Shown one piece after another: positions 25,226 to 39,012 of a stretch of DNA of 64,000 nucleotides (positions are counted from its first letter, which is position 1; each line of letters starts with the position of its first letter). This DNA comes from Octopus vulgaris (Eukaryota). The stretch is taken from the NCBI GenBank assembly GCA_951406725.2, contig OX597824.1:48360001-48424000 (forward strand), given 5' to 3'. The notes below the pieces were generated by a model. It was not told the origin of the DNA. It saw nothing but the letters and a program-made list of their open reading frames with translations, and did no database searches. The position numbers were made by a program, and so were the translations under genes.

Positions 25226-25380
25226 AGGAGCGGACTGAGCCGTCGGTCAATCGGACACTGCCCGAGGGGCCAGAGCTCTGAGGAGCCCGGACTCTACATG
25301 TTAACTCTACTAAAACACACATTCAAAGGGGCCCAATAAACAGTTATGCCCGAGAGCCCTTAATACTCTCAGTCTGCATG
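25226..25380. mobile_element. hAT-type MITE
   Basis: Ends caggagcggactgag / ctcagtctgc with internal ggggccc and gcccgag motifs. Confidence 0.55.
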
Positions 25381-25430
<50 letters not shown>

Positions 25431-25546
25431 AGTGTGTGTGTGTGTTTTAATATTTCGCTTAGGCATTGCGAGACTAATAACTTGATGTAGAACCCAATAT
25501 ACGTATGTTTCAGAAGGAAGTGTTAGACGAGTATACAGCGGTAATA

Positions 25547-25725
25547 AGAAAATAAAATGACAAAGGAATAAATGATTATCTCATGAACTTCATTAGCTTA
25601 CAGTTGTTTCTGCTTTAAGATATAGTGAACTCATAGTTCAGTGCCCGAATAACACCTCATAGTAGAAACAGCTGTACATTAATGAAGTTCAGAAGATAGT
25701 CATTTATTCATTTGGCATCTCATTT

Positions 25726-25728
<3 letters not shown>
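25547..25728. repeat. diverged fold-back carrying the hammerhead 3' half on both arms
   Basis: gaataaatgattatc..gaacttcatta..tacagttgtttc mirrored by gaaacagctgta..taatgaagttc..gatagtcatttattc. Confidence 0.75.
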
Positions 25729-25768
<40 letters not shown>

Positions 25769-25784
25769 TCTATTTCTTTATCTA

Positions 25785-26040
25785 TTTATTTGTTTCAATC
25801 ATTTTATTGCGGCCATGAGGGGGGAACCGCCTTCAAGAGTTTTTAGCCAAACAAATCGACGCCAGGGCTTATATTTCTTTAAAAGCTTGGTGTTTATTCA
25901 ATCGGTCTCTTTTGCCGAAATGCCAAGTTACGGAGACGTAAACACACCAACACTGGTTCTCAAGCGGTGGTGGGGGACAAACACAGACTCAAAGACACAT
26001 ATATATAGACACAAACACACACACTCACGCACACACACGC

Positions 26041-26076
<36 letters not shown>

Positions 26077-26230
26077 GCACACACACACGACAGGCTACTT
26101 TCAGTTTTCGTGTACCAAATCCGCTCGAAAAGTTTTGGTCGGCTCAACGCTGCAGTAGAAGTCACTTGCCCAAGGTGTCATGCAGACCATGTGGTTGGGA
26201 AGCAAGCTTCTTACAACACAGCCACGCCTG
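25785..26230 (-). mobile_element. SINE family B, full length
   Basis: Reverse complement of the 11540-11945 structure. Confidence 0.85.
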
Positions 26231-26321
26231 TTTATATATATTCTATCGTGTGCATGATGTGCGTGAAAGTTGTTTTCATTTGGAAAGAATAATTGTTCTC
26301 TTATAAGTATTATTTAATATC

Positions 26322-26610
26322 CCGTGATCACGTGACCGACCGATGTTGCTACACATCGCTGGTCACAATGCGCTTCGCATTGTTTAAGCCTTCAAATGAC
26401 GCCACCCCACTGGCTAAGCGAGCAGGCCAACAGAAGAAAGAGTGAGGGAAAGTTGCTGCGAAAGAGTACAGCAGAGACCACCACCACCCTCTGCCGGAGC
26501 CACGTGGAGCTTTAGGTGTTTTCGCTCAATAAGCACTTACAACGCCCGGTCTGGGAATCGAAACCGCGATCCTCCGACTGCGAGTCCGCTGCCCTAACCA
26601 CTGGGCCTCC
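26322..26610 (-). mobile_element. tRNA-derived SINE, third family
   Basis: Head ggcccagtggttagggcagcggactcgcagtcggaggatcgcggtttcgattccc (A and B boxes) followed by a ~220 bp non-tRNA body. Confidence 0.8.
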
Positions 26611-26826
26611 ACATTATTTAATATATTTATTGGATACTTGTATCCTTCCCATGACTGATTTGTGTTATTTGTTTCGACACTGCTGTAAAGGACTATGAAC
26701 AACGCAAAGAAAAATCACACTCCACCATCTTAAATACTGTGGCCCCTGGGTCACATACAAGAGGTAGCCTATTTAAGATTTGAACACCTCTGGCCATAGC
26801 TCAGCTGAATTTGGAGCGAAAACAAC

Positions 26827-26886
<60 letters not shown>

Positions 26887-27663
26887 TACACACACACGTA
26901 CGTACAAACACATATACTGTAATGACTTCAAGTATGACTAAACAGTTGCAATCCCCCACAAAAGAACCAAAGATAACATCAATCGTGAGATCGCAGAAAT
27001 CATCCCTAATTAATCCACGAATACTAGTCTGTCATTAAATATATTGTAGACACCCGACATAGTTCACAAGAACCCACTTTTGGTAATCACAAATGCAGAT
27101 GGCAGAAACGCCCTGACTCTTAAACGCATCATACAATGCATTATTCACAGTAACCTGTGGAAGCAGGGAAAACACATATGTATGCATGGTATATAACGCT
27201 CACGCACATTCACATAAAACAGAAATAATCATGTTCACAAGAATACAGCCATTACAAGTCTATACTCAGATAGGCGCACATAGAACACGTGAAAACACAT
27301 ACACATACCACACATATAAACGGAGACACACATTCATTAGAACAGACATTTACAAATATGCAAAAACAGAATACATTTCTAGTCGTTTGGTACTAAGCTA
27401 TAATATTTCCTAATTCGGAATAATTTTCTCGATAAGCTTTTGAAAATGAGCTGAAAGCACTAGAGGCTTTGTAATTAATACGTGTTTGAAAGTTATATTG
27501 TCGATATGCTATCCGAAGTTAAGATATATATCCGTAGTTTTGAAAAACAAAGATAAAATGCAATATTCTATTCACTTATGGAATGCATATATACACACAT
27601 ACATAGTGTGTGTGTGTTTTTGTGTGTTTGTGTGTGAGTGTGTGTGATGTGTGCGTATGTATT

Positions 27664-27720
<57 letters not shown>

Positions 27721-27823
27721 ATGTCTTGGGAGAGTCATTATGCCAATCTGCAAACCAGATACAAAAATGAAGCATATATATATATATATGTATGTATATA
27801 TAAAACAGCCAGGCGCAAATATA

Positions 27824-28155
27824 CAGTGCCGTGCAAAAGTTTTCAGCCACCTCACATAAACCAATCAAGATACAGTGTTTTAACAGAAAAATGTCTATAA
27901 TGAAAATTTATTACATAATGTTCCTTTCAATAAGATACTGTACATTGTTAATATTTTGTGTGCCTTCCCTTAGTTTGAATAATTGCTTCAATGCACCTGG
28001 GAAGAGATTCGTACAAATCCTTCACCATCTTCACAGGTAGGAAATGCCATACTCTGTGGCTGAGCTGCCACAACTCTTCAAAGTTGCGAGGATTCTTTGA
28101 CGAACTCTTCTCTAGTTCTGTCCACATTTGCTCGATGATATTTAAGTCAGGACGC
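27824..28155 (-). mobile_element. Tc1 (DD34E-type) transposon 3' fragment with TIR
   Basis: PDLNIIEQMW..LYESLPRCIEAIIQTKGRHTKY*; TIR ta|cagtgccgtgcaaaagttttcagccac. Confidence 0.9.
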
Positions 28156-28371
28156 ATACATATATACATATATAAACATACGCATATACTTACACATACA
28201 TGTATATACATGCATGCTCAAGCGCATCCGTAAATGTTTACATACACTCATATGGTATATTTATATATTTTATATTTTATTTCTTATTTCCCTCTATATT
28301 CCCTCCTCTTTTTCCATAATAATTCCTTATTTCGAACTCAAATATGTATCTCTATTTAACCATCTCACATT

Positions 28372-28419
28372 GTCTCTGATGAAGGGATATCAATAATATC
28401 CCAGAAACAGCTGTAAGAC
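28372..28419 (+). ncRNA. minimal type I hammerhead ribozyme, intact core
   Basis: GUCU-CUGAUGA-A GGGAUAU CAAUA AUAUCCC A-GAAA-C AGCU G-UA-AGAC; sits in a pLTR-like segment (~28270-28495). Confidence 0.85.
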
Positions 28420-28637
28420 TATATCTATATCTTTTTCCTTTTAAATGTCTTGAAAACTCCTCACAGCCTTGGCTTTGTTATCTCATTTTGCCTAATATAT
28501 ATATATGCATGCTAAAACCTACATTAGACTCCTCCCTCGTATCACTATCAAACCAAGAGTTTAACTACGCTCTGTCCATAGCACTTACTTAGCGTTACAT
28601 ACCACTCTTTGGGTCTTCTAGATACCAATACCACTCA

Positions 28638-28689
<52 letters not shown>

Positions 28690-28975
28690 TGACATATATT
28701 ATGTATATGATATATATAATATATAAAAATAAATTATATAATACATATACATATTATATATATTATACATACATACATACTTGTATATATATACATGGTA
28801 TATTTATATGTGTATGTATGTATGCATGCATGTAAGCATTCAGTTCATGCTGAAGCGATTTAACTCGCCATCGAAGACAAAGTGACCAATTATGCCAGGC
28901 AACGCGAAGATTACCATTCAATGAACGCTTTAACACATCTTATAACATGAATAATTTAAGGAAAAATAGTAAACG

Positions 28976-29340
<365 letters not shown>

Positions 29341-29597
29341 GATATAAACTGTACGAAAGTCCAACACATTTTATACACTAGTATTGAGAAATACCATTTC
29401 TTTCGTTAATTCAGCTTTATTCGGGCAATATTAACATTTGAAAAAAATATGACCTAATGTTATCTTGATTGAAATAAGTATACACAGAAAACGAAAGAGA
29501 ACCAACTTACTAAAATAGAATAGACAAAAAATAAGAATATATAAAAAAACACTAAAAAACAGAATTCATGAGGCCGCCCTTTTTATTTATTCTTCTT

Positions 29598-29706
29598 TCA
29601 TCATCATCATCATCATCATCATCATCTTCTTCTTCTTCTTCTTCTTCTTCTTCTTCTTCTTCTTCTTCTTCTTCTTCTTCTTCTTCTTCTTCTTCTTCTT
29701 CTTCTT
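29598..29706. repeat. (CAT)n(CTT)n microsatellite
   Basis: Direct inspection. Confidence 0.97.
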
Positions 29707-29872
29707 GTTATCCATGTCTGGACTGAAATTACATTCACGCATCCATGGCAAATAGATGCAGCTTCTAAGTTTTTTTCTTCCATTACTTTTTTTAACTTCA
29801 AGTCTTCACCTTCAAATATTCATACGTTGAAACCGACGGGAGTGACTCTCCTCCTCCTCCTCCTCCTCATCG

Positions 29873-29905
<33 letters not shown>

Positions 29906-29906
<1 letters not shown>

Positions 29907-30317
29907 ATGTTTTTATTGCACTACCGAGCGCAGCTCTGTGTACCTTGGGTATGTGCTGTGGTTTGTTGTGATGTTCTTAATGTACTGAAAGTGTTTTACG
30001 TAGTATATGTGCGGTGCCTAGTAGTGCTATTTTCTGTGTTTTATATACTTGTTAGCCCTGGTATTTTTTGTTATGTATTTGTCTGAATATTTTTCTTATC
30101 ATACCTAATGCACCCACTATGATAAGAATTGTTTCTGTTTTTAGACTCCACATTCAAGTTACCTCTATTTTCAGGTCTTTGTATTTTGAAAGCTTCTCCA
30201 TTTCTTTTAGAGAAACATTGTCATCTGTTGGTATTGATACAGGCGACTACAAAGCTTTTTTTTTCTTGATGATCTCTGACAACTATATCCGGCATATTAA
30301 TGTTGATTTCTCCGTGT

Positions 30318-30320
<3 letters not shown>
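29906..30320 (-). mobile_element. R4/Dong-type RLE endonuclease 3' fragment
   Basis: PDIVVRDHQEKK..VSIPTDDNVSLKEMEKLSKYKDLKIEV..IIVGALGMI..QKIALLGTAHILRKTLS. Confidence 0.9.
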
Positions 30321-30359
<39 letters not shown>

Positions 30360-30360
<1 letters not shown>

Positions 30361-30570
30361 TCAGTAGTCTTATTTTTACCGTATGATTTCACTGAACTGC
30401 TGAGCCCAGCTTTGAGTATGTGCTTTGATTTGTTTTAGTGCTGTTTATTTTTTTTGTATTGAAAGTGCTCTACGTAGGATTGTGTGGTGCCTAGCAGTAC
30501 TATTTTCTGTATATTACATGTATTCGTATGTCCTTGGATTTTGGCCACGTATTTGCCCATACATAAAACA
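30360..30570 (-). mobile_element. second, shorter R4/Dong 3' fragment with (TAA)n tail
   Basis: NIQKIVLLGT..ILRRALS plus a similar 3' UTR, ending at the (TAT)n tract 30320-30360. Confidence 0.8.
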
Positions 30571-30694
30571 CCCACCGTATCAACATTATTAACCATATCA
30601 AATGCATCCATCTCATCAAGCTACTCTGTCCCAGAACACGTGAAACTGTTAAGGATGATGGAAAATGCTACTAATCCCCAACATAATCTTTTAT

Positions 30695-30905
30695 CTTTTA
30701 TTCTTTTACTTGTTTCAGTCATCAGACTGCGACCATGCTGGGGCCTTGAAGCACTTTTGCTCAAATGAATTGTCCTTTTGTTAAGCCTGGTACTTATTCT
30801 ATCGGTCTTTTTTTTTTTTACCAAATTGCAAAGTTACGGGAACGTAAACACACTAACACAGGTTGTCAAGCGGTGGTGGAGAGGGGAACAAACACAGAAA
30901 CAAAG
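30695..30905 (-). mobile_element. SINE family B, 3' half
   Basis: cttttacttgtttcagtcat..ggttgtcaagcggtggtgg. Confidence 0.85.
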
Positions 30906-30933
30906 GCACACACACACACACACACACACACAG

Positions 30934-31016
<83 letters not shown>

Positions 31017-31966
31017 TTCAAATATGAATTAGAAGCATCTTGAGGGATATAAAGAATATGGAATACACAAACACAAGGTATGTGTTTTGCTTGTTCATAG
31101 GTAAGTTTCGTTTATAGTCGTAAGAGGATATATTCTCATGAATTCGCCTGGTGTTCAAACACCTGGAAGTGAACAGACAAGTCTCGTCTGGTCTCATTCA
31201 GGAGCGATTGACATCGATGTTTCGTAATTTGAGTGACTTGTCAATACCATGTACCCAAAACGAGGCCCGATGTAACCTAAATCGCTGTCGGTGGCTATAT
31301 GCAAAATGGTGTGGGAACCATCTGCTGGAATGCCTTAACGTTTCATTCCACAGAAAAGATTCAAATATGAATTAAAGGCAGTTTGAGGGGTATAAACAAT
31401 ATCGAACACATTTACACAAGCTATGTTTTAAAGGCACATAAATGACGAAACATCGATGTGTCTATCACTCCTGAATGATGCGACAAGATGCGAGTTATCT
31501 CACTTGTCTATAACTTCCAGGTGTTTTAACACCAGGCGAATTGATGAGAATATATTCTTTTACGCCTACAAGCGCAACCTTCCTCCGGACTAGCAAGATA
31601 CATACTTGTGCTTGTGTGGTCGATATTTTTCATATCCTTCGAGCCACTTCTAATTCATATTTGAATTTTTTTCCATGGTATGAAACGTTGGGACATACTA
31701 ACAGATAGCTTAAACACCATTTTGCATATAGTCATAGACAACAATTTAGCTTACATCTGGCCTCAGTTTGGGTATGCGGTATTGACAAGTCACACAAATG
31801 AATCGATGTTTATCTCGCTCCTAAATGGGACCAGATGAGAGCTACTCGCTTGTCTATGACTTCAGGTGTCTTAACACCAGTCGAATTGATGAGAATATAT
31901 TCTCTTACGCCTATAAGCGCGGCCTGCTCACGAACTAGCAAAACACAGACCATGTGTACGTGTATT

Positions 31967-31970
<4 letters not shown>
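31017..31970. repeat. ~345 bp unit arranged as partial tandems in both orientations
   Basis: ttcaaatatgaatt at 31017 and 31360; gaattgatgagaatatattc at 31538 and 31883; the right block is the reverse complement of the left. Confidence 0.85.
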
Positions 31971-32021
<51 letters not shown>

Positions 32022-32024
<3 letters not shown>

Positions 32025-32160
32025 GACGAGCTTCTTTCAGTTTTCCTCTACCAAATCCACTCGCACGACTTTGGTCGGCCCAAAGCTATATGGCAGAAGA
32101 AACTTGCCCAAGGTGACACTCAGTGCTACTAAACCCGGAACCATGTGACTAGGAAGAAAC
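32022..32160 (-). mobile_element. SINE family B, 5' half
   Basis: cttctttcagtttt..cttgcccaaggtg..aacccggaaccatgtg. Confidence 0.8.
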
Positions 32161-33381
32161 ATATGTCTCAATGTCCAAACCATTTCCATGTCTGAACTAT
32201 CTCCATTTATATGAACTCTATAAAATTCAAGTACCATTCTACCATTCTACTAGTTAACCGAACATTTAGAGAATACATTCTGCGTATCTTTAAAATGCTG
32301 GCTGTTTCAACTTGGAGGTATTCTAACAGCATCTAAAAAAGAAACAGCTTCAAAGCCTTGAAACGTTGCTATGATGACATTAGTTGTGTACTAAATTTTT
32401 ACATTCTCTCAATGTCTTGTAATTCAGACCGTCTCGTGGTCCCAGCAGACAAAATGGGTGAAAAAAGCGTTGCCACGGAGGAGATGCGCTGGAAAAATCA
32501 ATCTAACTTAACAGTGCTTGCACTTGCGGATAGCCATCTCCTCCCCGATAGCGATCAGCAGAAATATGATCCGGGGACGGAAAACGCCGAAGGTCTCCAC
32601 TTTTAAATTAAAAAAAAACACTCGACTGTTACACATCGTGCTGGTTTTCCTGTAACTTTGCCAGAGACCACTTTTGGTTCTATGGCACACACTTCCTGTT
32701 TTAAAGTGATTTAAATTAAAAACTTTCCATTAAAATTTTATGTTTATTCATGCTTCAAACATCAGCGTAGTAATGATAATTTTATTTTACTTATATTCTT
32801 CATTATTTTCGAAAAATAATCGAAAGAAAGGCATAGTATTTTAACAGATACAGAGTAACAAAAGAATTAATCACTTCCAGAAGTAAAACTTCCAATTGTT
32901 TTGTCACATAACAGTTATATTGGTAATGGAACACATTTCTTAATCATTTGTTTTCCTCGCTGATTGTTCGCAACCTTTCAGTTAATTAAGAGTAAAGCGT
33001 TACATCTAGAAGTATTTCTGCTATCCAAATGCTGCAGACGTTCCAAATAGCAAGCACTTAGCTGAGTTCTTTATATCATGGTATACAACATTTTATGGTT
33101 TTCAATGAGAAGCTTACCAATAAACTTTCGAATAGAAGCAAAAATCTTATTCTGTTGTCTATTTTTTATTATTTTATTTATTTATTTTTTCTTTTGGCAA
33201 ATACAATTCATCACTAAACCATTCTTTTAACATTTCTTTTGTTCCTATTCTTTTATTTCAGATTTTAGCAACCTCCGTTGTGCGGCAGGTCATAAGCACG
33301 TTGTGTCTATAGAGATTTAAGAACTTTATATTATTTCATCTTCATAGTCGTCATCATTATCGTCAACGTCGTCGTTAATGC

Positions 33382-33429
<48 letters not shown>

Positions 33430-33950
33430 TATCATCATCTTCATCATCATCATCATAGTTTTCATTGTGATCATCGTCATCACCATGCTTTCCCCCTTCC
33501 GAACTAGGGGCCTGAAAAGAACTACGTTCCACTTAACACAATTTCTCTACAGCAAATTACGTACAGTAATTTGCGGTAGATTCCAGACAAAGCTCGGTTG
33601 TACATCCAATCACCATTCCTGTAGAGAAAGATTCCCTATCATTTACGCCAGTCGATATTTCAGAATATCAAAATCGTCATAATGTTTCTGGATTTTCTAA
33701 AACCCAAAAAATATATGATATAATGCGTTCTTTCACACTTCATTGCTGGCTATATTCCTAATAGAAACATTGTTTGTGTGTGCTAGTGCGTGCGTATGCG
33801 CGCGCGAGCGTGTATGTTTGTGTGTGTCCATGCCTGTGTGTGTGTGTGTGTGTGTGTGTGTGGAGCGTGTGTGTATTATACACGCCACGCACACACCCAC
33901 TTTGTCGTACGTCCACACTGTCATTGCTCAGCGGATCATACTAGTTTATA

Positions 33951-34000
<50 letters not shown>

Positions 34001-34011
34001 CATGCATATAT

Positions 34012-34055
<44 letters not shown>

Positions 34056-34074
34056 CATATATATATATATATAT

Positions 34075-34960
34075 ATATGTACATACCTACATATATATGT
34101 ATATATACATGCATATATGGGTACAGCACATAAAAAAAACGTGAAGAATATGAGAAACGAGAACATAAAAAACAAAAACATAGAAAACGAACTTCTTTTC
34201 GAACAACGAAAAAAACAAAGAGAGAAACGAGACAGGCAAAATAAAGAACATTCCTTTCATCAGTTCTCCCTTGTTTTATCTATTCCACGTTTCGAAGGTA
34301 GGGACAAGACGCGACTTCGTTAAAACAGTTCTTCCCGCAAAGCAAGTTATATAAAATTTGGGATTTTATGCGAAGGGTGAAAGTGGTAACGAAAACAGGA
34401 CAGTGAGAACGAAACAGTAAAAACAAATGGTGAGGTGTTAAGCCAAGCCGATGTGAAGTGGTGAACGCTGGAAAAACGAGCTTTGAGAGGAGACAGGTAA
34501 AAGCACGTCTTGTCTTTAGGAAGGAAGTGGAAGGCAGAGAGATGAATGGCCGTCGGTCACGTGTGAGCAACGAGAGAGTCAAGGAGGAAGAGTGAGTGAG
34601 AGCGAGAGAGAGAGAGAGAGAGAGGGAACGGTGAAGGGGAGAAGAGAAGAATAGGGAAAGGGTGGGAGAGAAAAACTGAAAGGAAGAAGAATGAGAGATT
34701 TGGATAGATAGAAAGAATAGAGATAGGATAAGAGTACGTATCTTAATTAGTAAGATAAAACTTACTTGGAAATGGATGCGTGACGTTCGATCACATAATA
34801 ATATAAATAATAATAATAATAGTAATATAAATAATATATAAATATATGCATATATATACATACATATAAGTACATATCTGCATATATATGTATATATACA
34901 TGCATATATGGGTACAGGGCATTAAAAAAAATGAGAAACGAGAACATAAAAAACAAAAAT
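34075..34960 (-). mobile_element. second copy of the 15.2-16.3 kb direct-repeat element
   Basis: Collinear with 15400-16262; tatatgggtacag..atgagaaacgagaacataaaaaacaaaa occurs at both ends. Confidence 0.75.
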
Positions 34961-35079
34961 ATACCGAGGAGAGAAATTAGCGGCTGGTATTTCCGTTCCT
35001 TCTCATGGGCTGCGTCGTACAGCGCTGTGCCATGCTCGTGACGAATAGTAACATCCACTACTACCACTTCGTCAGGTAC

Positions 35080-35080
<1 letters not shown>
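34960..35080 (-). mobile_element. R2-type restriction-like endonuclease fragment
   Basis: PDEVVVVDVTIRHEHGTALYDAAHEKERKYQPL matches the RLE D-V-T...EK..KY motif. Confidence 0.7.
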
Positions 35081-35112
<32 letters not shown>

Positions 35113-35120
35113 TGTATATC

Positions 35121-35270
<150 letters not shown>

Positions 35271-35599
35271 CATACATTCACATACTCTCTCTATATATAT
35301 ATACATACATTCACACACACATATGTGTGTATATACATTTGTATGTACATATATCCACATGCACATATACACTCACACTCACATATACACGCATAGACAC
35401 CTACACATACATGTATGCATGCATACGTATGTTTGTGTGTGTCTGTATGTGAGTGTCTGTGTGTGCATTTTGTGTGTGTATGTACCTAGGTATTCGTGCG
35501 CACCTGTCTGTGCGTATGTTTGTATGTGCTGGAGCACCCACTTAATTTTTAGCCCTCGCATAGTCAATGCACAGTAAGCGATTACCAAATAATCGTAGA

Positions 35600-35660
<61 letters not shown>

Positions 35661-35715
35661 CTGCTCTATATCTTAGAGCGTGCTTCCTCCTTCGGATTTA
35701 TGTTTTACAGACTAT

Positions 35716-35766
<51 letters not shown>

Positions 35767-35879
35767 TATTCATTTTTCACACGCCCAGACAATACCATTT
35801 TAACTGAAACCCCAAACATATTATCTCCATTGTTATAAGTTCTGCTATTTCCTCCAAAATATACATTTAATTACCATAT

Positions 35880-36369
35880 ATAGTGTTCCTTATGAATTGA
35901 GTCGGAAATTCTGTAGTGCGCCGCCAAAAACTGTAATTTTTTCGGATCTACACGTTTTAAGCATTTTAGATTACGAACCTGCAAAATATATTATGAAATA
36001 AAATAGATATATGAAAAAAAAAATTAAAATAAGCAATAGAATTTTTAAAATTGGTGGGATTTTTTCCTCCCCGACCATCTTTGCATAACTGCTTCAGTTT
36101 TGACTTCTTTTGGAAATTTTTTTTATTCAGATTTATGTTTTAAACAGCTGAGATTATAAGTCTTCAAAAATATGTGCAACATAAATCCGAAGAAAAATTT
36201 TCCGAAATAAAATACAAATTGAAAAATTACGGGTGATGGAGATGGTCGTGGTGGGTGTATGTGTGCAAACCTCGCCTCAGATTTCCATTTTTTTCTTCAG
36301 ATTCGGGAGAAATTACAGTTCTTTGGTGTACTAGATAATTTCCGGCTCCATACTTTAGGAACACCACTA
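35880..36369. mobile_element. non-autonomous DNA transposon with ~70 bp imperfect TIRs
   Basis: gtgttcct..gagtcggaaatt..aaactgtaattt mirrored by aaattacagtt..aatttccggctc..aggaacac. Confidence 0.7.
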
Positions 36370-36447
36370 TTTACGATTTATTACGCATTCGTATATTCTT
36401 ATGAGTTAACAACGGAAAATTTCTTACTAATATTCCCAGAATAATTT

Positions 36448-36475
36448 AGGACAGCGAATTGGCAGAATCGTTAGC

Positions 36476-36509
<34 letters not shown>

Positions 36510-36830
36510 CGGCCAAAATGCTTATCGCTATTCCTTATGTCTGTACATTTTGAGTTCAAATTCCGCCGAGGTCGGCTTTTCTTTTGCCTTTTATCCTCTC
36601 GGGGGTCGATAAAATAAGTATCAGGCAAGAACTGGGGTCGATTCAATCGACTTGTTCCCTCTCCCGCGAAACTGCTGGCCTTGTGCTAAAATTCAAAACC
36701 AATATTTATTGAATAGCTAAGGCGACAAGTTGGCAGAAACGTTAGCAGGAATTTCGTGTCTTTACGTTTTGCATTCAAATTCCGCCGTAGTCGACTTTGC
36801 TTGTCATCCTTTTTGGGTCGGTAAGGTTGA
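36448..36830 (+). mobile_element. two SINE family A copies
   Basis: ggcagaatcgttagca..gagttcaaattccgccgaggtcg; first copy has an internal (CA)n. Confidence 0.8.
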
Positions 36831-37608
36831 GTAACTTCCCAGAGTAAACTCACAGAAATACATATTCTCTACAATTCCCAATAGGTTGCTTTCAGTTGGA
36901 TTTAAATAGTTTCAACTGAAGTATATATCTGTAGGTTTCAAACATTCTACAATCAGTCGCATGAAGATCGGAAATGGGAAACAGAATCAACTTTGAATAA
37001 ACTTTGTTCATCATAATCTAAAAAATCGAATACTTAATTCTATTTCTCATCCCTGTGATTTTACTCCTCATTAAACCCAGACACATATGGCTTGGACTTT
37101 CAACGCCACAATGGATTCGTGGAGGTGAAGTTGTGGCAATCGGCCTGTCTTAGGCATATTCATATCTAGCAGAGCCCATTCCTTACGAAGCTTAATCGCA
37201 GTTAGTGTCTTCCACTAAGAGAAACAAACAGATAGACAGAGATAAAGGAAGAGTGACACAGAGAGAAAATTTGTCCCTAGTACAGGACTGGTGCTTAATA
37301 AATCCTCGAAAGAAAAGTAAAATTAACCCCAACGAGACTTAAACTCAGAACACAGAAGGCCGGAACGAATGCCAAGAGGTAGTCTAGTTGATGCTCAAAC
37401 GTCTCAGCCATTTAACCGCCCAATGTGCGCATGTAAACACACACACACACATCCACGTGCACACAAACGCAAACACACATAATTTAAAACATTTCCAAGT
37501 CAAGTTAGCTATGGCAACAAGCATTTGAAATATTATCCAACGTTCAGATGTCGGCTGCGAGAAGTTAACATTTATAATTGCTTTGCCCTAAGTGAGTGTG
37601 TGTGTCTT

Positions 37609-37678
<70 letters not shown>

Positions 37679-37934
37679 TCTTATATATATATATATACAC
37701 ACACATACACAAGTGTTTGCTAGTTTGTTTATATGTGTGTGCGTGTGTCAGTATGTAGAGGTGGTGGAGGTATTGTGTTTGGAAGAACCCGGGGCAACGA
37801 GCAGAGCGAGATTACAGGCTGATTCACTACGAACCTGTGACGTCATTAACAACTTACTATTCCTTTTTTCTTTATCTGCTTTTCGCTTTCAGATACTGAC
37901 ACACTGCCACATATATTCACACACTGCCACATAT

Positions 37935-38020
<86 letters not shown>

Positions 38021-38059
38021 ACACACACACATCGTAATAAAAGTGTTGTAAAATATATC

Positions 38060-38710
38060 GGATTCTAATTTAGGCGCAAGGCCAGTGATTTTGAGAAGAG
38101 GGCGTTTAGTTAATGCCATCGTCCTCACTACTGACGTGGTACATAATTTTATCGACACCGAAAGCACGAAAGAGGAAGATTGACCCCAGCGAGATTTAAA
38201 CTCAGTGAACGGCCGGACGGAATAAACGCTTTAACAATTCTTCCAGTCCAGCGGTTTAAGAGTTATCTTTTACTTGTTTCAGTCATTAGACTGCGGACAT
38301 GCTGGGGCATCGCTTTGAAGAATTTTCTTGTCGAATGAATCAATGCCAGTACTTATTTGTTTTAAGCACAAGTACTTATTCTGTTGGTTTTTTTTTGCCG
38401 AACTGCTAAGTTACGGGGGTATAAACATACCAACACCGGTTCCCAAGTTAGGTGGTAGGTGTCAAACATAGACACAAAGAAACACACACACGCATACACA
38501 CGCATACACACACGCGCGCATACACACACATACGCACACAAGCACACATATATATGACGGGTTTCTTTCAGTTTCCATCTACCAAATCTAATCACAAGGC
38601 TTTCGTCGGCCCGCGTTGAAAGTAGAAGAACCTTGCCCAAGGTGTCACGCAGTGGACTTAACCCAGAACCACTTGGCTGGGAAGCAAGCTTCTTATCACA
38701 CAACCACGCC
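38060..38710 (-). mobile_element. SINE family A (38060-38255) next to full-length SINE family B (38265-38710)
   Basis: Family motifs as above, reverse complemented. Confidence 0.82.
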
Positions 38711-38879
38711 CATAACGCTATAAAGTTTATTAAAATATTATTTTACATAGAGTAAGTATTATCTGGAAAGAACTCAGTACGTTAGGTAGATATTTCATTT
38801 TCTCAAAAGAGGACTGTTTACTTTGGGTTTCGCTCAAGCTGGATTTTACACTAAACTGGTGTGAAACTAAGAGTAAACT

Positions 38880-39012
38880 GCCATCCAACCATCCATCCAT
38901 CCATCCATCCACCCATCCACCCATCCACCCACCCATCCCTCCCTCCCTCCCTCCATCCAGCCAGCCAGCCAGCCGGCCATCCATCCATCCATCCATCCAG
39001 CCAGCCAGCCAG
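38880..39012. repeat. (CCAT)/(CCAG)/(CCCT) compound microsatellite
   Basis: Direct inspection. Confidence 0.92.

Noticed and set aside
26540-26610. Functional tRNA gene
   Set aside because: No acceptor stem; continues into a SINE body.
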